Source: Planctomycetota bacterium (GTDB lineage: Bacteria; Planctomycetota; SZUA-567; H5-PLA8). From it: a stretch of DNA of 64,000 nucleotides. The position numbers were made by a program, and so were the translations under genes. Below, piece by piece: positions 10,176 to 18,618 of this stretch. The first letter of the stretch is position 1. Each line of letters starts with the position of its first letter. The notes under the pieces were generated by a model, which did no database searches, was not told the DNA's origin, and saw nothing but the letters and a program-made list of their open reading frames with translations. The stretch lies in the NCBI GenBank assembly GCA_038227875.1, contig JBBRPR010000021.1:32001-96000 (forward strand), given 5' to 3'.

Positions 10176-11201
10176 ATGACAATGCTTCAAACCAAACGAT
10201 CCGTGCAGTTGCCGCTGACAGTACGACCCATGTTGGCAAAAGCGTCATCACAGCTGCCGTTGCCGGATCAAAAGTATGGCTTTGAATTCAAATGGGACGG
10301 AGTTCGCGCACTCGCCTTCTGGGACGGCCGAAAAATTCGCCTGCTCAGCCGCAGCGGTCGCGACATCTCCCACGAATTCCCAGAACTCCAAACACTGGGA
10401 CTTAGCTTGGGGAAGGGCGTCGCGATCCTCGACGGTGAAATCGTGGCGCTGGATGCGAAGGGCTCTCCCAAATTCGAGCTCCTTCAGTCGCGCCTGGGAT
10501 TATCGTTGGAATCCGCCCAGCGCAAAGCCGCTGAAATCAGCGTGACGTATATGATTTTCGATCTTCTACATCTGAATGGAGACGATCTTTCGCTCCGGCC
10601 TTTTACCGAACGTCGCGCCGCGCTCGACGACTTAAATCCCGTCGGTGCCCATTGGCGAGTGTCTCCCTATCGAGCCGGCGGGGGCGCCACATTTCTGGAC
10701 ACCAGCCGCAACTTCAAGCTCGAAGGTATCGTCGCCAAGCGACTGGATTCCATTTACGAAGCCGGCAAGCGTACGGGAGCGTGGTTGAAAATAAAAAATC
10801 AGCACCGCGCCGAATTCCTCATCGGTGGCTGGCTTCCCGGCGAAGGCCGGCGTCAGGACACCATCGGCTCGATCCTGGTGGGTTATTACGATCTCCCGCG
10901 CGAATTGGCCGAGCAACGCCACGCCCGTCAACGCTTGCTCTTCGCCGGAAAAGTGGGAACCGGATTCTCCGATGCCATGTTGGAAAAACTGAAGGGCATG
11001 CTCAAACCCCTGCATCTCCGCACGTGCCCTTTCGAACCGTCGGCGCAGTTGCCGCGCGGCGCGCAGTACTGCAAACCCGAACTGATCGGTGAATTCGAAT
11101 TCACGGAATGGACTCAACTTAACAGCCTGCGCCATCCTTCATTCAAAGGCCTGCGCAACGACAAGGACCCGCGTGACGTCGTGCGGGATGAGGAGGAATA
11201 A
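10176..11201 (+). CDS. ligD: ATP-dependent NHEJ DNA ligase (LigD ligase domain only)
   Basis: Motif I 'EFKWDG', 'LDGEIV', 'FDLL', 'EGIVAK', 'WLKIK', OB-fold 'GKVGTGF', 'LRHPSFKGLR.DK'. Confidence 0.92.
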   Translation: MTMLQTKRSVQLPLTVRPMLAKASSQLPLPDQKYGFEFKWDGVRALAFWDGRKIRLLSRSGRDISHEFPELQTLGLSLGKGVAILDGEIVALDAKGSPKFELLQSRLGLSLESAQRKAAEISVTYMIFDLLHLNGDDLSLRPFTERRAALDDLNPVGAHWRVSPYRAGGGATFLDTSRNFKLEGIVAKRLDSIYEAGKRTGAWLKIKNQHRAEFLIGGWLPGEGRRQDTIGSILVGYYDLPRELAEQRHARQRLLFAGKVGTGFSDAMLEKLKGMLKPLHLRTCPFEPSAQLPRGAQYCKPELIGEFEFTEWTQLNSLRHPSFKGLRNDKDPRDVVRDEEE

Positions 11202-11204
11202 ATC

Positions 11205-12089
11205 ATGCCACGAGCCATCTGGAGCGGATCGATCAGCTTCGCCTTGATCAATATCCCCGTGAAACTGTACAGCGCCATTTCGCCCAAGGACGTCCACTTT
11301 CACCAACTGCACGACGAGGACGGTGCGCGTATCCAGCAAAAGCGTGTCTGCGCCGTTGACGGCATAGAAGTCCCGTACGAACACATCGTCAAAGGCTACG
11401 AGATCTCGCCCAATCGTTACGTGATTTTAAAGCCCGAGGAAATCGAAGCGCTCGACCCGAAGGCGCGCAACACGATCAAAATCAAAAGCTTCGTCAACGC
11501 CAGCGAGATCGATCCGCTCTTCGTCGAATACTCCTACTACCTCGTCCCCGACAAGGGCGCCGACAAACCCTACGCGTTGTTATTGAAAGCCATGCAGGAA
11601 AGCGACCGCGTCGCCATCGCCCGCACGATCCTCCGTACGAAGCAATACGTCACCGAACTCCGCCCCTTGAAGGGCTCGCTCACGCTTTCAACACTCTATT
11701 ACTACGATGAAGTCATTCCGCAGTCCTCACTGGAAGGCCTTCCCGACGCCAACGTAGCCGTCAACCCGAAGGAACTTTCGATGGCGACGCAGCTGATCGA
11801 ATCGCTGACCGAACCATACAAGCCCGAACAATACCACGACACCTACCGCGAAGAGTTGCTGGCGCTGATCGAACGCAAATCAAAAGGCGAAGTCATCGAC
11901 TCGCAGCCCCCGAAACAGCAAGACCAGAAAGTGGTCAGCCTCATGGCCGCCTTGGAAGCCAGCCTCAACAAAGCGCGAAATTCCACGCCAGCGGAACCGG
12001 GCGAAGCCTCCAAAACCACCAAAACCTCCGCGAAGAAACCGCGCGGCGCGGCACAACACACCGCTCACAAAAAGCGCCGAACCGCGTAG
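11205..12089 (+). CDS. ku: NHEJ protein Ku with basic C-terminal tail
   Basis: 'RAIWSGSISFALINIPVKLYSA', 'IVKGYE', 'YYLVP', 'VVSLMAALEASL'; GAGGA RBS; 3 nt after the ligase stop. Confidence 0.95.
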   Translation: MPRAIWSGSISFALINIPVKLYSAISPKDVHFHQLHDEDGARIQQKRVCAVDGIEVPYEHIVKGYEISPNRYVILKPEEIEALDPKARNTIKIKSFVNASEIDPLFVEYSYYLVPDKGADKPYALLLKAMQESDRVAIARTILRTKQYVTELRPLKGSLTLSTLYYYDEVIPQSSLEGLPDANVAVNPKELSMATQLIESLTEPYKPEQYHDTYREELLALIERKSKGEVIDSQPPKQQDQKVVSLMAALEASLNKARNSTPAEPGEASKTTKTSAKKPRGAAQHTAHKKRRTA

Positions 12090-12123
12090 GATTTCCTGCT
12101 GCCCCACATTAACATCGCCAGTT

Positions 12124-12636
12124 GTGGTGGAATCACTAAAAATCCTCCTCCTGACCGTTGCCGCGGCCATCTGCTTCGGCATCGTGCACGATCAATTCAC
12201 CGCGCGGATTTGCGTGGAGTACTTCACCATCGGACATCCGCCGGTCTTCAACACGCAATCGCCGACACTACTGGCGCTGGGCTGGGGAGTGATTGCGACG
12301 TGGTGGGTCGGCGTGATCCTGGGAATCCCCCTCGCCTGCGCCGCGCGGCTTGGCGCGCGCCCGAAGTTCTCCGCTGCAATGCTCCTGCGACCCATTGCAA
12401 CCTTGCTGGCGATTATGGCAGTCCTCTGCCTGATCTCAGGCACATCCGGCTATTTCGCCGGCCGTTCCGGTGCGGTAGTTCTCATCGATCCCGGACACCT
12501 GATTGATGCCGGTAAACACCCCGCGTACCTCGCAGATCTGTGGAGCCACCTGGCCGCATATGCCGTCGGTTTTCTCGGCGGTCTTGTACTGTGCGTGTGG
12601 ACTTACGGTCAGCGGCGAAAGATTGAAGCGAGCTAA
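12124..12636 (+). CDS. Hypothetical membrane protein (about 4 TM)
   Basis: Hydrophobic helices; conserved-looking loop 'HDQFTARICVEYFTIGH'. Confidence 0.7.
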   Translation: MVESLKILLLTVAAAICFGIVHDQFTARICVEYFTIGHPPVFNTQSPTLLALGWGVIATWWVGVILGIPLACAARLGARPKFSAAMLLRPIATLLAIMAVLCLISGTSGYFAGRSGAVVLIDPGHLIDAGKHPAYLADLWSHLAAYAVGFLGGLVLCVWTYGQRRKIEAS

Positions 12637-12701
12637 ATTTGGCTAAATTACTTTGCTTTCATAGCTCTCGCTGCCTTCTCTCCGTTTCCTACGATAAGTG
12701 G

Positions 12702-13817
12702 ATGCGCCGGATCTCCACCATCACCTTATTTGTCCTCACGGTTCTGACGACTCACGCGCGATCTTTTGCCGCCGAACCCTCCACCCCCTACCCACTCTGG
12801 GATACACACGAACTCATCGCCGACTACGCCAAACGCGTCAATCTCCCGCCGACGAAAACGCTCGACCTCGGCAACGGTGTGAAACTCGACCTCGTCCTGG
12901 TTCCCGCTGGGAAATTCATCATGGGTACGCCAATGCCTGCGCCGGTCGACAACGACGCCTTTCAAAGCAGGATCATTATCGGTCAAGCGCTGCTGGCGTT
13001 CGGTAGCGGTCTGTTGTTGGAATTGCTTGGAACGGTGTTCTTTCTGGCCGCGCGCACACGTCAGCGGCCGAAGATTTCATTGGCGCGTCTTCTGGCGGTA
13101 ACCGTGTCGGCGGGTCTTGCAGTCATGGGTGCGTTGCATTGGCGGCAATCACTTCAGGATTGGCCCAAGGCGCTTGAGGAATTTAAAGCAGCGGAAAGCC
13201 GACATGCAGTGGCGGTGGAAAACGAGAAGCCAGCACATGCGGTGACCTTAACCCGCCCGTTTTATATGGGAAAATTCACGGTCACTCAAGAACAATACAA
13301 ACAGATTATGGGCGCAACTCCGGCTTCCTATATGGGCAACGACTACCCTGTTGTATTTGAATCGTGGAACGACGCGCAGCAGTTCTGTCAGAAATTGACG
13401 CGCTTGACCAACCAACCAGCGCGCTTGCCCACGGAAGCCGAATGGGAATTTGCTTGCCGCGCCGGCGCAACGACGGCCTGCTCTGCCGGCGATTTGATCA
13501 CAGACCTGAATCGCGTTGCATGGAATGGTGACAACAGCACCAGTGTCATGCCCGTTGGACAGAAGGAACCGAACGCCTTTCAACTCTATGACATGCACGG
13601 CAATGTCTGGCAATGGTGTCAGGACCGGTATGGACCGTACGACGCGACGGCCGTCGAAAATCCATCCGGATCCAAAGAGGGCGGTGGTCGCATCTTGCGG
13701 GGTTGTTTCTGGTCCTCCCCGTTCGCCCGAAACTGGTCGGCATTCCGCACCTTTAGCGGACCGGACAATAACAAGGGTGATGCCATCGGCTTTCGGATTG
13801 CCATAAACGCCGAGTGA
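12702..13817 (+). CDS. FGE/SUMF1-family (C-type-lectin-like fold) protein with an internal TM-hairpin insertion
   Basis: Signal peptide; 'LVPAGKFIMG', 'EKPAHAV', 'RLPTEAEWEFACRAG', 'PNAFQLYDMHGNVWQW', C-terminal 'GFR'. Confidence 0.85.
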   Translation: MRRISTITLFVLTVLTTHARSFAAEPSTPYPLWDTHELIADYAKRVNLPPTKTLDLGNGVKLDLVLVPAGKFIMGTPMPAPVDNDAFQSRIIIGQALLAFGSGLLLELLGTVFFLAARTRQRPKISLARLLAVTVSAGLAVMGALHWRQSLQDWPKALEEFKAAESRHAVAVENEKPAHAVTLTRPFYMGKFTVTQEQYKQIMGATPASYMGNDYPVVFESWNDAQQFCQKLTRLTNQPARLPTEAEWEFACRAGATTACSAGDLITDLNRVAWNGDNSTSVMPVGQKEPNAFQLYDMHGNVWQWCQDRYGPYDATAVENPSGSKEGGGRILRGCFWSSPFARNWSAFRTFSGPDNNKGDAIGFRIAINAE

Positions 13818-13835
13818 CACCACACCAAGCGCCGT

Positions 13836-14340
13836 TCACGGCTTTACCACAAACCCCACCGCCCGCGTCTCAATCTTCGATTTCCACGCCTGCTTGGGCA
13901 GTTGCTGATTTCACGCGCCCTACGGTTTCTGCGTCGCGTCGTACGTGACTTTGATCGAGTAATTTCCCCCGGGGTCGGCAGCTTGAGTCCCTTACCGAGC
14001 GCCACGCGGTATTCCTCGCCGGCGTCGAGCACCTTATATATAGTTGTCGTCCCAGCCCCCTCCGGCCGGCGCGCCGGATTCTTTTTCATGAGGCGTCAGC
14101 GCTGAGCTGTCGACGGGTTTGCTGTCCGGTCCGGTTACCACTGCCGTGTCGAACCAATCCAATCCATGATTGACCGGCATGAGCAGCACCAGCTTTACCG
14201 CGGTTGTGTTCTTTTACACCAGTTCGAACACCGGCGCTTCGATTGCACACCGCGAAGTCTGTGCAAGAAAAGTGACCGATGCGGCCGCCGTTTGGACCAA
14301 GGACACCGCACCTACCGGCACAGCCCTTGCATCGTGCACT
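13836..14340 (-). pseudogene. Decayed gene for a small Ig-like beta-sandwich protein
   Basis: Stitched minus-strand reading: ...APVFELV*KNTTAVKLVLLMPV...GWDDNY/KVLDAGEEYRVALGKGLKLPTPG/NYSIKVTYDATQKP*GA*NQQLPKQAWKSKIETRAVGFVVKP*. Stop at 14214-14216; frameshifts in a (TA)n run (~14035-14042) and a G run (~13966-13970). 5' end uncertain. Confidence 0.55.
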
Positions 14341-14632
14341 CTCACTCTCTTCTTTTCGTGCCGGATGGATGCACTGTTGTATCCAACGGGGGCGACTTGG
14401 GAGGTGGACGTAGTTCAGCCCGGGAACAATTTGGTCCCGACGAATTTTAGTTGCGCCGAAGACGCGCCTTCGTTTGACAGTCATCCCCGACGAAATATAG
14501 TTCGGGGGTCTTCAGACAGCGTCAGGTTGCGTTCAGATGAGCTAACGCCCATCTTAATGGGTGTTGCGCATTCGAATCGTGTAACAGTAGCGACCATGTA
14601 GCCGTACAAAACAGAGGAGCACGCATTTCCAG

Positions 14633-15445
14633 ATGGCAATGGGCGAAAAAATCCGGAAGGCACTGGACGAAGGTGTCTACAAGTCGGTCATCTGGAAGTC
14701 GGTATTCCGTCACGGCTTCCCCGACACCGACCGCAACCGTACACTGGTGGTGCTCTCCAATCTCTTCCTGCATCTCCACCCCGCCAAGCTCAAGGGCCAT
14801 GCCGTCCGCATGCGCTACACGTGGTGTATGGGCGGGCTGTCCTTCTTCATGTTCCTGATCCTGACCATCAGTGGTACGTTCCTGATGTTCTACTACCGTC
14901 CTACTCCCGAATACGCGTACGCCGACGTCATCTCCCTGCGCGAAGACGTCCCGCTGGGCATGTTTATGCGCAACATTCACCGCTGGGCCGCGCATGCCAT
15001 GGTAATCGTCGTCTGGCTCCACATGCTTCGCGTCTTCCTGACCGGCTCCTACAAAGCGCCCCGCGAATTCAACTGGGGTGTCGGCGTCGTCCTCTTGACC
15101 CTGACCCTGCTGCTGTCCTTCACCGGCTACCTCCTGCCGTGGGACCAGATCGCGATCTGGGCTATCACCGTCGGAACCAATATGGCCCGCGCCCATCCGT
15201 TCATCGGGCATGAAGGCCCCGGCGCATCACTGCTCAATCCCGCTGTTCTTGGCTACGACGACTTCCCGCTGGTCCATTCCAAGAGCGACATTCGCTTCAT
15301 GCTCCTGGGCGGCTCGGTGGTCGGTCCGCCGACACTGCTGCGCTTCTACGTGCTCCACTGCGTCTTCCTGCCGGTCGTCGCGGGATTCCTGATGGCCGTG
15401 CATTTCTGGCGCATCCGCAAGGACGGCTTCAGCGCGCCTTTGTAA
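14633..15445 (+). CDS. petB: Cytochrome b, N-terminal (cytochrome b6-type) subunit of a Rieske/cytochrome b complex
   Basis: Heme ligands 'HRWAAHAMVIVVWLH' and 'LHCVFLPVVAGFLMAVH'; 'PREFNW', 'FTGYLLPWDQ'; 'YTWCMGG' Cys; GAGGAG RBS. Confidence 0.9.
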   Translation: MAMGEKIRKALDEGVYKSVIWKSVFRHGFPDTDRNRTLVVLSNLFLHLHPAKLKGHAVRMRYTWCMGGLSFFMFLILTISGTFLMFYYRPTPEYAYADVISLREDVPLGMFMRNIHRWAAHAMVIVVWLHMLRVFLTGSYKAPREFNWGVGVVLLTLTLLLSFTGYLLPWDQIAIWAITVGTNMARAHPFIGHEGPGASLLNPAVLGYDDFPLVHSKSDIRFMLLGGSVVGPPTLLRFYVLHCVFLPVVAGFLMAVHFWRIRKDGFSAPL

Positions 15446-15469
15446 GAGGCGGTTTTTAATCTCTCGTAA

Positions 15470-15560
15470 AACCGCAAAGACGCAAAGAACGGCACGAACG
15501 GATTGAGGATTTTTGAAGTAGCTGAACGAAAACGTAAGGCAGTTCTTTGCGGCTTTGCGT
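15470..15560. repeat. Imperfect inverted repeat of CGCAAAG units (REP-like)
   Basis: Left arm AACCGCAAAGACGCAAAGAAC (15470-15490); right arm GTTCTTTGCGGCTTTGCGT (15542-15560). Confidence 0.65.
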
Positions 15561-15611
15561 GCGATTTAAGAAGGTGTGGTCGTTCAAGAGTGACTGCCTT
15601 TAGGAGTAACC

Positions 15612-16721
15612 ATGTCGGCTGGTGTAGATACAGATCCTGTTGCGCTGCGCGGGTTTTTTCATCTCGTCAACTACCTCTGCCAACCCGTGATCTTCTATAC
15701 GGGGACGATCGCGGCGTTCTTCGGCGCGCTCATCTTCCGCAAGATCTGGGTGCAACCGAAAGTGGCGCTGGGGCTGTTGCTGGGAAGTTTTGTCTTCGTC
15801 GGCATCAGTTGCTTCAACGGCCAGTTCGCACATGAGGCAGCCAAGCCGGACAATATTCCGCTCTGGATCATGCTTTACCTGACGGCCCTGGTGCTCTGGG
15901 CCGCGTTCTACCAGGCCGTCCGCAACGATGAACGCATCAAGCAGGGCCTGCGCGTCGACGAAGCAGAAGCCGCCGACGAGAAACTTCACGTCTGGCCGTA
16001 TCTGGTCTACATCGAAGGCATTGTCGCCGCGTTTGTCCTCGCGCTGCTGTTCATCTGGGCGATGGGACTGGAAGCGCCGCTGGAACAGTTCGCCAATCCG
16101 GCAAAGAGCCCCAATCCCGCGAAAGCGCCGTGGTATTTCCTCGGGTTGCAGGAACTGCTGGTGTACTTTGACCCCTGGCTGGCCGGCGTCGTCCTCCCGG
16201 GCATGATTGTCACGGGACTCATCGCGCTGCCTTACTGCGACCCCAACCCGAAGGGCGTCGGCTACTACACCTTCGAACAGCGCAAGTTCGCAATCACCAC
16301 GTACCTCTTTGGCTTCCTGCTGATGTGGATCGTCCTGATCTTCGTCGGCACCCTGCTCCGCGGCCAGAACTGGAATTTCTTCGGCCTCTACGAAGCGTGG
16401 GACGAACACAAGCTGATCTCGGCGAATAACGTCAATGTGTCGGAAATCTTCTGGCAGAACATGATGTCTCGCGCCACGCCCACGCAGTGGTGGATGCGCG
16501 AACTGCCGGGTTTCGTCCTGCTCGCCGGCTACTTCACCGTGTTGCCGGGCCTCATCGCCGTGGTCTTCAAGCGCTTCTACCAGCAGTTGGGCTTCATCCG
16601 CTACTCGATCGTGGTCATGCATCTGATCGTGATGCTATTGGTCCCGATCAAGATGTACCTGCGCTGGGGTTTCAATTTGAAGTACATTGTGTTCATTCCC
16701 GAATACTTCTTTAACGTATAG
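15612..16721 (+). CDS. Extended cytochrome b C-terminal/subunit IV-like protein
   Basis: 'VWPYLVYIE', 'APLEQFANP', PEWY-equivalent 'NPAKAPWYFLGLQELL'; extra TM helices at both ends; AGGAG RBS. Confidence 0.8.
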   Translation: MSAGVDTDPVALRGFFHLVNYLCQPVIFYTGTIAAFFGALIFRKIWVQPKVALGLLLGSFVFVGISCFNGQFAHEAAKPDNIPLWIMLYLTALVLWAAFYQAVRNDERIKQGLRVDEAEAADEKLHVWPYLVYIEGIVAAFVLALLFIWAMGLEAPLEQFANPAKSPNPAKAPWYFLGLQELLVYFDPWLAGVVLPGMIVTGLIALPYCDPNPKGVGYYTFEQRKFAITTYLFGFLLMWIVLIFVGTLLRGQNWNFFGLYEAWDEHKLISANNVNVSEIFWQNMMSRATPTQWWMRELPGFVLLAGYFTVLPGLIAVVFKRFYQQLGFIRYSIVVMHLIVMLLVPIKMYLRWGFNLKYIVFIPEYFFNV

Positions 16722-16743
16722 CGGGATAGCAGAACAGCACTTG

Positions 16744-16844
16744 GCTCTTAGCTCTTGGCTCTTGGACCTGTCGGGTAGATTGTTCTCCCGACGGATCCAC
16801 GACTAACCGCAAGGTCCAAGAGCCGAGAGCCAAGAGCTAAGAGC
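16744..16844. repeat. Long inverted repeat of GCTCTT(A/G) heptamers
   Basis: Left GCTCTTAGCTCTTGGCTCTTGGACCT; right AGGTCCAAGAGCCGAGAGCCAAGAGCTAAGAGC; ends 3 nt before ATG 16848. Confidence 0.8.
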
Positions 16845-16847
16845 GTC

Positions 16848-17792
16848 ATGTCCTACGTACCTCCCCCACCAGGCACCACCAAGCTTGGCGAACCCACGCC
16901 CGAAGGTGTCGCCAAGCAAAATGTCCACATCGCCGATTTGCCCGCGGAAGTGCGACGCAGCTTCCTGCTCTCGATGGTCTTCTTTCCGACCATCGTCGGC
17001 GCGACCGTCTGCCTGATTCTGTTCCTCGGTTACTACGCAGTCTTCAAGCCCAAGAACCCGTTTCAGTACTCGGTGGAGTTGCGTTCGACCGACGCCCGCC
17101 GGCGCTGGATGGCCGCGCGCGAATTGTCGGAGAACATCGGCAAGGACAGCATCTACACGCACGACACGCTGGTCGTACTGATCGAGATTCTCCAGAACGC
17201 CGACCTTGACAAGGAAGTCGCCGCGTGGACGCCATCGGCGGCGATCAAGGACGCCGACGAAAAACAATCGCGCCTGCGCTGGTGGGCTGCGCCGATGGTC
17301 GGGCATTTTGCCGCCAAGCTCCCCGATCAGGCTGATAAGGACGCGGGCCTCCAGGCGCTGCTCAAGGCGCTCGACGACAAAGACATCGCCCTCTTCGCCG
17401 CGAAGGGTTTGAGCCTGCTGAAGGATCCGCGCGCCAAAGACGCACTGGTGAAGCAACTGACTGAAAACAAAGACCCCGGCGTCCGGACCACTGCTGCCCA
17501 CGCGCTGGGTGCCACGGCATATTTCGTGCTCTCCAATCCGCCGAAGGACGGCAATTCCGGCGACGTGGACACTTATCTTGCACCGCTCCGCAAAGCGTTC
17601 GAGACCGAGAAGGACGCTGACGTCCTGGACAACATCGCCATCGCGCTGGCCTCGGTGGGCGATCCGCTCGGCAAAGATCGGCTCGAAGCCCTGACCAAGA
17701 GCGACGATACCGTCGCCCGCCAGACCGCTCGATCCGCCCTCGAGATTCTCGCCGGCACACGCAAGCCGCAAACGACCGCGGTGATGCCGTAG
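16848..17792 (+). CDS. Membrane-anchored HEAT/PBS-lyase-type repeat protein
   Basis: One TM near the N-terminus; repeats 'DPGVRTTAAHALG', 'DADVLDNIAIALASVG', 'DDTVARQTARSALE'. Confidence 0.8.
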   Translation: MSYVPPPPGTTKLGEPTPEGVAKQNVHIADLPAEVRRSFLLSMVFFPTIVGATVCLILFLGYYAVFKPKNPFQYSVELRSTDARRRWMAARELSENIGKDSIYTHDTLVVLIEILQNADLDKEVAAWTPSAAIKDADEKQSRLRWWAAPMVGHFAAKLPDQADKDAGLQALLKALDDKDIALFAAKGLSLLKDPRAKDALVKQLTENKDPGVRTTAAHALGATAYFVLSNPPKDGNSGDVDTYLAPLRKAFETEKDADVLDNIAIALASVGDPLGKDRLEALTKSDDTVARQTARSALEILAGTRKPQTTAVMP

Positions 17793-18060
17793 GGTTTATG
17801 GCTCACGAATGACTTGCAATTTCACACAAGCTTTATGAACGGTTCATCCCTCGCTCGCGACCGTGAGCGATAATCCCAATGCACTGGTCAGTACGGCAGA
17901 CGATCGCTGCGGAGTGTCCATCACTCCCACCGATTTTCAGACGGGGACCTGATAAAAGTCACACACACACTTCTATTTTGGATTTCATGGATTCAAGCGT
18001 TCTGGAATTTAACCATTAGTCGCAACAAAGTTTAGTGAGAGTTGACTGGAGTTGTGTCCA

Positions 18061-18180
18061 ATGGGCATGAAGTTTGATAAGCAAGTTCAGTCCACTCAAG
18101 CCGGAACGTTGCAGACAGCACCGACACTGTCCTGCAATGTTCCGGCACTATCGACGGGCGGTTCGAGGATTATCCGATGA
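18061..18180 (+). CDS. Possible small ORF (39 aa, MGMKFDKQVQ...SRIIR)
   Basis: GGAG 9 nt upstream; its TGA overlaps the next ATG (ATGA). No recognisable domain. Confidence 0.25.
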   Translation: MGMKFDKQVQSTQAGTLQTAPTLSCNVPALSTGGSRIIR

Positions 18181-18356
18181 AAAAGCCGTTTATGCCACTC
18201 TCGGAATTGCTGGGAGGAATTCCAGCGAAATCCGATGTCCCATCTGATGCTCGTCCGATTCAACAGAAGCAAGTTACGAGGTTTCCGTCAGTGCGGATGA
18301 GCGTGCTGGCCAGCACGCTTGATGCCCGGAGTGAGCCCCGCAGGAAACGTAATTGA
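18177..18356 (+). CDS. Possible small ORF (59 aa, MKKPFMPLSELLGG...PRRKRN)
   Basis: GAGGA RBS upstream; ATGA coupling to the previous small ORF; just under the ORF-track cutoff. Confidence 0.3.
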   Translation: MKKPFMPLSELLGGIPAKSDVPSDARPIQQKQVTRFPSVRMSVLASTLDARSEPRRKRN

Positions 18357-18618
18357 CCGAGAGTCCCGATTCGGTCGCTGTCCGGAATTCATAGCTTCGA
18401 AAATCGTAATTCGGCCCGTTAGGCCTCTTCCGCAATTCCATCCAATACTGCAACCCCATATCGCCAGTCACGTTCGGCACTTTCAATCACTCTGTGCAAA
18501 CCCCGGCATAGGAATTGCCAACATTATATCTGTTGGCCCGGCGGGCGAGCTTCGAGGCACGTTTAAATCGGGTGGATCGACTTTGACCACGCAGATGGAA
18601 GATCAAGGGAGACACGAA

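Noticed and set aside
13690..13817. FGE-type C-terminus as a diversity-generating retroelement variable region
   Set aside because: No reverse transcriptase and no adenine-variant template repeat seen in the window; a remote DGR cannot be excluded.
14170..14601. Plus-strand ORF as the missing Rieske protein
   Set aside because: No CxH/CxxH Rieske boxes or Tat signal; mostly antisense to the pseudogene.
16744..16844. Short repeats as a CRISPR array or IS ends
   Set aside because: Units are 7 nt with no spacers; no cas or transposase gene and no target-site duplication seen.
17886..17960. GCAGACGATCGCTGC resembling the 5' end of RNase P RNA
   Set aside because: The conserved GAGGAAAGUCC and 3' P4 elements are not present.
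18177..18230. 'LSELLGG' as a double-glycine leader for the C39 peptidase
   Set aside because: Only a partial match to the leader consensus, 23 kb from the peptidase, and no transporter or modification genes nearby.
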